64,000 bases of DNA from Heterodontus francisci. Lineage: Eukaryota. The stretch covers positions 248,001 through 312,000 of the forward strand of contig NW_027140453.1 in the NCBI RefSeq assembly GCF_036365525.1, in the 5' to 3' direction. Below are positions 35,778 to 45,425 of the stretch, in pieces (the stretch's first letter is position 1; every line of letters starts with the position of its first letter). The position numbers were made by a program, and so were the translations under genes. The notes beneath the pieces were generated by a model that had not been told where the DNA came from, did no database searches, and worked only from the letters and a program-made list of their open reading frames with translations.

Positions 35778-36821
35778 GTATGTTTAAATTCTGTCACAAT
35801 CACTGTTCTACATTTGATCAACTGATTAATGATCTCAACAAGACTGTGCGGCGGTGACTTGTGAAATCAGCAATCAATTATTGAATATAAGACAGTGAAC
35901 TCATTAATCTGTTCCCCCTTTTTTGGCAACAAAAGTGTGAAGAATATACTGTTAACCATATAACATCTACACCCACTTTTGCTCATGTAGATTTCACTCT
36001 TCTGCTTTACATCTGTACAGATACTGGCAGGAAATTAGGACAAAGACTGAATTTGTATCGTTAATTCTGCGGGTAATAATCCTCTGCAGGAGAGGATGAA
36101 ACACTGAGAAGGAGGATGAATTTCGGGAATTGACTTGAAGAAGCCCACAGCATGGGTTTCACTGGGAAAGTAACAAACACAGCTTGTTGCAGTTGCACCA
36201 TGCTGCCACTGGTCGGCGCAGTGGCTCCACTATATTTCGCGCCACCACAGGCTTTGGCGCCGCTGATCAATGAGTCAATTCCTCTGCTTCCGCAATCTTT
36301 TCACTTTAAAGGCTAAATGCAGTTAGATTTCCACTTTACAGTGATGTTATATGAGCCGCCGCCACTGCCATCGAACTATCCACCTTCTCTTCCTCCACTA
36401 CTGATTTTAATTTGCAAAAGGATGTTAATAATCCCCTGTTGTGCGCCATAAGCTCTGGAGTCACCCAAAGCAGCTATTGTTGCACCGCTCCTTGCTTTTT
36501 TCACCTACCCTCTCCAACACCTCGCTACCTTCAAAATTTCCCTCGATTCAGCATGAAAGCAAGCTCACAAAGGGAAGAGAGTGAAGATATTGGCAGCAGA
36601 GTAGAAAGTGGGGAGGAAGGAGGGAAATGGAGAGAAGAAACAAGTGGAAAGGGGCGGAAGGAAGCAAACAAAAGAATGGGGGACAACTTAAAGGTAGGGG
36701 CGGGGATCATTGCCTTGAGATAACTTCCTCTGATGACGATCCGCTCTGCCTACACCTCATCTCTCTCCCTCCCTTAAAACCCAGAGTAACCAGCAGAAAG
36801 TCTCTCAGATCCACAGCAAAC

Positions 36822-37556
36822 ATGTCTTTCAGTTTCATCGTCTTTGCTATTTCCCTTCTGGCGCTGAGTAGGTTAAAATTCTGTCCCAATCAATCTTCTA
36901 CATTTGTTTAACTGAAAGGGATGATTAATAATCTCTACAAAAACTGAGCGGCGGTGACTTGTGAAATCAGTAATCGATTATTTCATATCAGACAGTGAAC
37001 TCATTCATCTGTCCCCTAGTTCGGGAAGACAAGTGTTATTAATATGATGTTAACTCTTTAATGTTTGCACCCACTTGCAAACTTGTGGATTCCACGATTC
37101 TATTTTACAGTTGTAAAGATCCAGGTGCTTGCAGGAAATTAGGACACAGACCGAATTTCCGTCGTTAATTTGGTGCAACACCGACGTCCATCGTCTCAAT
37201 TGTAACTCCATCGATACTAGTTCATTCACTCTAATTTCTCTTTCTAGGTGTTTGCCGGGGTGATGTGATACATCAATGGCCTCAGTCACTGGCTGTTAAA
37301 CAACCAGGACCCGTGGAAATTAACTGTCTGCAGAAAGGAACAGTTCGCAACTACATGTACTGGTATCGTCAGTCCCCCGGCGGAGGATTCCTGTTAATCG
37401 GGTTTACCTATACAGCAGGTGAACCTCAGTATGAAGATGGATTTAAGAGCGGGTTTGTTATTACCAGGACTCTGAACAATAAGAAATCCACTCTGACGAT
37501 CGAGAGTGTGAACGCCACGGACGAGGCGGTGTATTTCTGTGCAGCTGGTGATGGGA
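36822..37556 (+). CDS. TRBV: V4: TCR beta V segment; leader 36822-36867, V exon 37248-37556
   Basis: MSFSFIVFAISLLAL/SVCRGDVIHQWP...INCLQ...MYWYRQ...YEDGFKSGF...DEAVYFCAAGDG. Confidence 0.9.
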
Positions 37557-37595
37557 CACAGCGGTTCAGAGTCATTGGCCGCCTTGACAAAAACC
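37557..37595 (+). other. 23-RSS of V4
   Basis: CACAGCG, 23-nt spacer, ACAAAAACC. Confidence 0.95.
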
Positions 37596-37789
37596 CTCAC
37601 ACGTCTCCCTTCAAACGGGTGCATTTAACCCAGCATTCCGTGAAGAGCAGCCCTGGCTGATCGGATGCGGATCTGCATCTGTTCAGTGCCCGTTCGAGTG
37701 GCAGAACGCCCATGTTCTAACTCCCCACAACCTCCAGACAGGCAACACACACTGTCTGTGCCCACACCTGAATAATGGTTCATAGAACG

Positions 37790-40700
37790 GCTCTTCAACA
37801 CGTACCTCTGTCAGACCACACCTGGAGCACTGTGCACAATTCTCAGTTCTATATGCCTGTGTAGACGACATCTGAAGTGCTGGGGACAGTTCTTACATCC
37901 AAATACCTTACCTAGTGCGCATTTGGAGCCCTGTGTACAGTTCTGGTTTCCATCGACCTTGATTGGACCAAATCTGCAGTGCTGTGCAGAGTGCTGGTCT
38001 CCATATTACACAGAGAGATACGAGCAGAAGTACACAAACGATTTACAAGAATGATACCGGAGCACAAAAGGTTATAACTATGAGGAAAGATTGAAAAGTC
38101 TGGGATTCTTTTCCCCAGTCAAGAGAAGGCTGAGGGGTGACCTGATAGAGGTGCTCAAGATTATGAAAGAATATGACAGGGCAGAGAAGATGTCTGTATT
38201 TGTGAGGAAGGTAATGAATACATCATACTCACTAATAACTCCAAGAAATGAATTTACACAGAGTGGTAAGAATGTGGAATTCGCTAGCACACAGAAAAAT
38301 GATGTGTATAACCAGATATATATAAATGGATGCTGGATAAAAACATTAGGGAGCAGGAAATAGCACGTCATACTGATAGGGCTGGTTGAAGACATTGTTC
38401 ATGTTCTTTCATCGGATGTGGGAATAAAATGTGAGAATAAGCTAACCAGCAATATAAAAACAGATGGTCGGAGCTTTTACATAAAAAGCAAGAGAGTAGC
38501 TGAAGCTGACGTTGGTTCCTTCGAGGTAAAGGCAGGTGAAATCATCATGAGGAATGGGGAAATAGCAGGGGAATTGAACTAATATTTTGTGCTTGTCTTC
38601 ACAGTTGAAGACACAAGTTCCATCCCAGAAATAGGCAGTTATCTGGGGCTTAAAAAGAGTGAGGAAATTAAGGATATTCATATCAATTGAGAAAAACTTT
38701 TGGAGAAACCTGAGGGATTAAAATCTGACAAGTCCCCTGGAACAGATGGATTATATACCAGAGTTCTAAAAGAGATAGCTGCAGAGAGAGTGTGGGCGCT
38801 GGTTATGATTTGCCAGAATTCCTTAGATTCAGGAATGGTCCCATCGGAATGAAAGTTAACAAATGTTCCACGGCTTTTCAAGAAAAGAGGCAGTGAGAAA
38901 TCTCAGGATAAGGGATCAGTCATTCCGGACTGAGATGAGGAGAAATGACTTCACTCAAAGGTTTGTGAAACTTTGGATTTCTCTACCCCAGAGTGTTGTG
39001 GATGCTCCTTCACTGAATACATTTAAGGCTGGAATTTTTGATCCCTCAGGAAATGAAGGGATATGGGGAGCAGGCAGGAAAGTGGAATTGAAGCCCAAGA
39101 TCAGCCATGATTGTATTGAATGACGGAGCAGGCTCGATGGGATATATTGTCTTCACCCGCTCCAATTTCTTGTGTTCTGTGGGTCTCAAGTCACATGTAG
39201 GCCAGACCAGGTAAGGACGGTGGATTTCCTTCCCTAAAAGAAATGAGTGAGCCAGCTGGGTGTCAGGGCCCCTTAACAGAGACAAGCTTTCAATTGCAGA
39301 TTTTCTGATGAAATGATTGTATTTATTCATTAATTGAATTTAAATTCCACCATCTGACCTGGTAAGATTCTAACGCATGTCCCGTAGAGATTCACCCCGG
39401 CCTAATTCGATGTCACCAGCGTCAGCAGCCGAAGCAATGGATAAAAAATGGGAAGACGGAGCAATTACAAAGCATGTCTTCATAATGCCTATTTTATCAA
39501 TTGCACTGTGCAAATCTCAGGTGCCTGTAGTTACACATTACAGCCACGAGATGGGGATGGAGCTCCACCGCAGTCTGAGTCCCACTTGCTTCTGAAAAGA
39601 CTGAGCGAGCAAAGCAGCAGTGACTTGACCAATCTACCAAATAGTCAATTCCACTAACTCTGAAACAGATTAAAATCATAACCATTCCACCCAAAATAGA
39701 CAACTGGATTTCCCCAAGTCTGCTCGTTCATAGTGACTGGTTTGAGCAAACACTTGTGATATACTAAAACAAATGATCTGAAGGAAGTAAAGAGGGGAAG
39801 CAAAGTTAGAAAACAGTGAAAGAAAAATGGAGAAGGAGGAATTTCATATAAAGAAACACATTCAGGGATGTGCACATCACTGACAATGTCAGTATTCATT
39901 ATCTATGCCGAATTGCCCTTAACTGAATGACTTGCTCGCCCATTTCAGAGGCAGTTAACAGTGAACTACATTGCTATCAGGTGATGCATTTTGGCAGCAG
40001 GGAGACAGAGAGGAAATACAGACTTAATGACACAGGCCTGAAGAGTGTTCAAGGGCAGAGGGACCTGGGGGTTAATGTGCATAGATCTTTGAAGGTGGCA
40101 GGACATATTGAGAGAGAGGTTCACGAAGCTTATGGGATCTTGGGATTCATGAACAGAGGTATAAAGTACAAAAGCAGGGTGGTTATGCTCAACATATATG
40201 AGGTTCTGGTTAGGCCCCAACTTGAGTACTGAGCCCGGTTCTGGTCACCACACTTTCGGAAGGATGTAGGGTCCTTGAGAGGGTGCAGAGGAGATTTACC
40301 GGGATGGTTCCAGGGATGAGAGATTTTAGCTACATGGTTAGTTTGGTGAAGCTGGGGTTGTTCTCCTTGGAGCAAAGGAAATTGAGGGGAGATTTCACAG
40401 AAGTGTACAAAATGAAGAGAGGTTTAGATAAAGTAGACAAAGAAAAACTGTTCCCATTAGCTGATTGTACAAAGACTAGGGGACGAAGAGGATAGGAACA
40501 AAACAGAGAATAAAAGCTGAGAAAAACTGAAATCCGATAGGGAGTTGAGGAGAATTCTTTACCCAAAATACAGAATTCAATGCCAGCAGAAACTGCTAAG
40601 ACAAAGGCAGGAACAGGAAGGGGCCATTCAGGCCCTCAATTCTGTACCACCATTCAATGAGACCATGGCTGATCTGTGATCTAACTCCATGTTCCCACCT

Positions 40701-40940
40701 TTGCCCCATATCCCTTAATATTTATTTTGGATCACAAAAACCTATCCATCTCCGATTTCAAATTAACAATTGATTCAGCATCAATTTCCGTGAGCAGAAG
40801 AGAGTTCAAACCTCTCCACCCATTGTGTGTAAAAGTGTTTCCTAATTTCACTCCTGAAAAGTCTGGCTCTAATTTTTAGTCTTGGCCTCTTAGTCCTAGA
40901 TTCCCAAACCAGCGGTAATAGTTTCTCTCTATCTACTCCC
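37790..40940. mobile_element. Cluster of decayed CR1/SINE fragments (37790-39180 plus, 39180-39380 minus, 39978-40490 plus, 40610-40940 minus)
   Basis: RRLRGDLIE, KSPGTDG, FTQRFV and VMHFG...LVRPQLEY motifs. Confidence 0.75.
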
Positions 40941-41065
40941 AAAGACTAAATAAATACGACTTCAAACTGGAGACCTCCAGCCTGCGGGAGAATCACTCGG
41001 CCGTGTATTTCTGTGCCTGGAGTCTTCACAGTGATTCAGAGAGATGGAGCAGTTCAACAAAAACA
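40941..41065 (+). pseudogene. V5: 5'-truncated CAWS-type V relic with intact 23-RSS (41027-41065)
   Basis: LNKYDFKLETSSLRENHSAVYFCAWSL, then CACAGTG-23-ACAAAAACA. The 5' part is replaced by LINE sequence. Confidence 0.9.
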
Positions 41066-41934
41066 CCAAAGGCAGCAGGAAACATCTGTTTCAGAGAAAA
41101 TTGCTCGGTACCTCGACCTACTGTTCCCTTATGCAGAGTGACAGTGTTTATTACAATAAAAAGAGTTGTGTTATGATTGTAGTGACACACTAGATTTACA
41201 GGTACTGCCGAGGGTGCAATGAAGGATTAATAAGGATGTCACGAGATTTCAGAATGAAATTATCAGGAATCAATGACAATAATCTGGGTATTGAAACATT
41301 AACACTGTGTTTACCTTCTCCACAGGCACAGCAGAGGGGGATCCAGGACCATGGACCGGACAATGGCTTTCAGAACGATTTAGTGAGAAAACTAAGAGAG
41401 CAGGAGATCATGTAGATCCAGCTTGATATACATCAACAGGACAAGGAAACCCACTACTTTAGAGAGAGAAAGAGTGTGTATGTGTGTGAAAGAGAGAGCG
41501 AGATCTAGTGAGAGAGAGGAAAAACGACAGGCAGAGTTAAAGAGACTGAGACAGAGAGAGATACAGCGATCGAGGCAAAGACAGTGAGACAGCAAGAGAC
41601 ACATAATGAGGGAGAGAGAGAGACACTGAGATAAAGAGCTTGTGACAGATAGGGAGATAGATCTAGAGAGAGACAGAGACAGGGAAATAACTGAAGAGAT
41701 AACAAGATTAAGAGAGAGGGAGAGTCAGAGAGAAGGAGAGAATGGGAGACATAACCTTAGATACATGAGGAGAGAGAGAGTCAGAGAGAGAAAGTGAGCC
41801 AAGATAGACTGAGATAGAGAGGGAGAGAGAGTCTGAGAAAGGAAGAGAGTGGGAGACATAAACCTAGACACATGAGGAGAGAGAGAGAGAGAGACAGAGA
41901 GAGAGTGCAAGAGAGCGGAAGGTAAACTGAGATA

Positions 41935-41984
<50 letters not shown>

Positions 41985-42005
41985 CAAATTGGCAGCCAAT
42001 TCAAT

Positions 42006-42094
42006 TCTGATTTGTTGAACTGGGTGAATGGGCGTCTCCAACATTGTATCACTTCCTAATGCTCTTCATGTTCCTCCCAATGATTTGTAAAGAG
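42006..42094 (+). promoter_or_regulatory. Conserved CAWS-family V promoter block (also 50141-50229, 59856-59944, 61761-61837, partial 52570-52595)
   Basis: ctgattgg (inverted CCAAT; ctgatttg in this copy), GC-box-like gggcgt, acttcct (ETS-like) and caatgatttgtaaag, ending about 75-80 bp before the ATG in V6, V8 and V10. Confidence 0.65.
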
Positions 42095-42171
42095 TGGATT
42101 TGGACCCTCACAAGAGTCTAAGCTCCTGATCTCACTCCTGTGTCTATTAAGAGAACAAGTTGAAGTGAAAG

Positions 42172-42627
42172 ATGTATCTGTTACTGTGTCTGATAATCTT
42201 GTTTCATTGTAAGTGAATGTGAAATGCAAAAACTATCGGTAATAACTGTCCCCTCTTCTCCCTGTCTCCCTTTCATTCCCAGAAGTTCCCTGTTTACTGA
42301 TCTCCTCCTCTCTCCATCTCTCTCCCAGATGTGAACTCACAGACTATCCTCCAGACTCCCGCTGCTGTCTCCAGATTTCCCGGGAAAGGAGTGGAACTGA
42401 GGTGCACAGTGGAGGGGAGCAGCAGTAACATCTACATGTACTGGTACAGACAAGAGCCAGGGAAGGAGCCGCTGTTGATGTTTTACTCCAATACTGCTAA
42501 CTATGTGGATCCAGAGGGGACGGTGGACGGTTTTACCGCCAAGAAACTGAATAAGTACGAGTTCAAACTGGAGTCCTCCAACCTGCGGGAGAATCACTCA
42601 GCCATGTATTTCTGTGCCTGGAGTCTT
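42172..42627 (+). CDS. TRBV: V6: TCR beta V segment, TRBV30-like; leader 42172-42208, V exon 42329-42627
   Basis: MYLLLCLIILFH/YVNSQTILQTP...LRCTVEG...MYWYRQ...MFYS...YFCAWSL. Confidence 0.92.
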
Positions 42628-42666
42628 CACAGTGACTCAGAGAGATGGAGAAGTTCAACAAAAACC
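42628..42666 (+). other. 23-RSS of V6
   Basis: CACAGTG, 23-nt spacer, ACAAAAACC. Confidence 0.95.
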
Positions 42667-43007
42667 CCAAAGGCAGCAGGAAACACCTGTGTCAGATAAA
42701 ACCAGTCGGTGCTGCTTCCTGTTGGTTTTTTTTTTATCATTGGGAACATGTTTCTCACAAGAAGACAGTGCGGATTTAAATAGAAAGTGACAGGTTAGAT
42801 ATAGAAGCACAGGGGAATTGTGGAATAGACTTTGCAGAAATGATATCAGAACACAGAGGTTAAAGTTATCAAGATAGTTTGAACATCGGGGGATCTTTGC
42901 TCCAGAAAGGAGAAACTGAAGGGTAAGCATTCAACGGTCTTAGAGAGATTATTACAGATTTTAATATGTGAAATGAAGATCAGATAAACACAGATAGATA
43001 GATAGAG

Positions 43008-43038
<31 letters not shown>

Positions 43039-43631
43039 TACATCCGTTGTCGTTGGATGTCACGGTGTTTTCTTTCTCCAAAGGGACAGCAGAGTGCGCT
43101 GCAGGACCATGATAAACATCAGAGTCTGGAACACACTTTAACAGCGACCTGGGAACACAAGGAGTTCATTCATCACCTCGAAAACACTCCGCCCTTCAAT
43201 GAGATCATGACTGATCAGTAACGTCCTGTCGCTCCCTCTCTCCATCCCTCTCTCTCCCTCTCTCCATCCCTCTCTCTCCATCCCTCTCTCTTCCTCTCTC
43301 TCCCTCTCTCCATCCCTCTCCCTCCAAACCTCTCCCTCTCTCTAGCCCTCACTACACGTAGGCAAACAACCCCACAATGTATAGGAACTAACTCAGCTCG
43401 GAACTCTTAACCATCTGAGCGCTGTTTCACACTGTTCAAAAGTGAGACCCCTCTCCAGATACCTTCATCTCCGGGACTGGGACATCTGCCTCCTGACGGC
43501 GAGATCAGAAGCTGCTGAAACCTGTTTACCAACTTTCATCTCAGACTCGAGTCGCATTTGATGTGTTCTTCAAAGAAACCAGCAGTTCAGACCAGTGAAC
43601 AATTTAACCCTTTAACTCCCATTCAGCAAAG

Positions 43632-43995
43632 AGGTACGGTAGCAGAGTGGTTATTTTACTGGACTAGTAATCCAGAGGCCTGTACTAATGATCCCCGGAC
43701 ATGAGTTCAATTTTCACCAGGGGCAGAAATGGAATTTAAATTCAATTAAATAAATAAATAGAAATCTGTCATGGAAAGTATGAGTAATCCTGTACATGGA
43801 GTGTCGTAAAAACCCAACGGATTCATTGATGTCCTTCAAGGAAGGAAATCTGCCGTTCTAACCCGGTCTGGCCTATAAGTGACTGCAGACCCACAGCAAT
43901 GAGGTTGACTATTAACTGCCCTCTGATATGGCCCAGCAGGTACTCCCAAAGATGGTTCACCATCACCTTCTCAGGGTCAATAAGGGATGGGCACA
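43632..43995 (+). mobile_element. tRNA-derived SINE (related copy about 49540-49900 minus)
   Basis: A-box-like ggtagcagagtgg and B-box-like gagttcaatt; tail resembles the 32698-33225 LINE 3' end. Confidence 0.65.
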
Positions 43996-44281
43996 CTCTC
44001 TGGGTATAGAGGCTTGTTTCCCTGAATTCTACTCTATCAAAGCCCTTTCTGAAATGTGAACACCTCTATTCAATCTCCCCCTATCCTCCTGTGTTGTATC
44101 ATTCCACAACATTGTTATGCAAAGTAATGGGGTGGAGCAGAGTGTCGCAGTAAGTGACTGCCAATAACAATGACAACTGGATGCTGGGTATTTAATTGGA
44201 TACGATATAGAAAACGCCTGCAAGTGTGTTGTTGAAAACTCCACACGTTCACACATCGAGTTAGTATCGAATGAAGAAATC

Positions 44282-45114
44282 ATGTTGCATGAAGTTCTCT
44301 GTTTAATCTTGATGGCTGCATTCTTTCCACGTAAGTGAAAGTCAGAAACTGTGTAGAATAATGTATTGTAATGTCAGCGGTGATTCTGTCTGGAACACTC
44401 CTGTGTCTGAGTCTCACTCCACAACACTTGAGCTCAAAGTCAAAAGTAACACCCCAGGTGTCAGGGCTGAGGGAGTGCTGCACTGTCGCAGAGGCAGGAC
44501 TGAGGGAGTGCTGCACTATCGCAGAGGCAGTACTGAGGGAGTGCTGCACTATCGCAGAGGCAGTATTGAGGGAGTGCTGCACTGTCGCAGAGGCAGTACT
44601 GAGGGAGTGCTGCACTATCGCAGAGGCAGTACTGAGGGAGTGCTGCACTGTCGCAGAGGCAGTACTGAGGGAGTAACTACATTGGTTGCAAAGCCTTTCT
44701 GATGTCTTGAGGTCCTGAACGGCGCTATATTAATGTCAGCCCTTTCTTTCTTGCAATGCAGCTCCTGCTCCAATCCATTATTGACTGAAATAATAATTTA
44801 ATCGATGTTCCATCCCACAGGAATACTCGCCTCCTATGTGGAACAGTCGCCCTCTATCCTATCGATTGCAGCAGGAGATTCAACAACACTCAGATGCACG
44901 CTGACCAATACTGGCTGTACATTAATGTACTGGTACAGACAACAACCAGACAGGGCACTGGAATCTCTGTTCTATTCTGCGACAGAAGGGTCTGTTACAA
45001 ATTACACGTCTGAGTCATTTAATGCAGTCAGATCCAGCAATGCACTGTTTACTTTGGCACTGAGAAACGCTGCTCCATCTCACACCGCTGTCTATTTCTG
45101 TGCTTGCAGTATCG
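44282..45114 (+). CDS. TRBV: V7: TCR beta V segment with extra cysteines; leader 44282-44330, V exon 44821-45114
   Basis: MLHEVLCLILMAAFFP/RILASYVEQSP...LRCTLTNTGCTLMYWYRQ...LFYS...YFCACSI; GTAAGT donor and cccacAG acceptor. Confidence 0.88.
44400..44750 (+). mobile_element. Internally deleted Deu-type SINE with about six 34-bp tandem units, in the V7 intron
   Basis: ctgagggagtgctgcactgtcgcagaggcagta units at 44468-44672; tail cattggttgcaaagc...ggcgctatat. Confidence 0.75.
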
Positions 45115-45153
45115 CACAGTGTTTGAGAAAGCGGATTCGCAGCTGCAAGAACC
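45115..45153 (+). other. 23-RSS of V7
   Basis: CACAGTG, 23-nt spacer, GCAAGAACC. Confidence 0.88.
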
Positions 45154-45172
45154 TGCAGCGGATGAACGGGAG

Positions 45173-45390
45173 TTCAGTGCTCATCATCCACCGGCAGGGG
45201 GCAGCAGTAGATTGAATGTCAGTGTTCATCTTCCACCAGCAGGGGCAGCAGTAGATTGAATGTCTGTCCTCATTTTCCCCCGACAGGGGGCAACAGTAGA
45301 TTGAATCGCTGTGCTCATCTTCCACCGGCAGGGGGCAGCAGTAGATTGAATCTCAGTGCTCATTTTCCACCAGCAGTTGGCAGCAGTGGA
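45173..45390 (+). promoter_or_regulatory. Five 45-bp tandem units, each carrying a CTCF-like core motif
   Basis: CCGGCAGGGGGCAGCA at 45191 and 45325; variants at 45236, 45280 and 45370. Confidence 0.6.
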
Positions 45391-45425
45391 TTTGAGCCTC
45401 CCTGATGGTTATGGACCCAGTAATA

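Noticed and set aside
41303-41345. cactgtg followed by TF-STGT/FSKGT as a J segment (also 43061, 51393)
   Set aside because: No nonamer at 12 or 23 nt, FS rather than FG, and no splice donor after it; better read as a splice acceptor or CTCF-like module.
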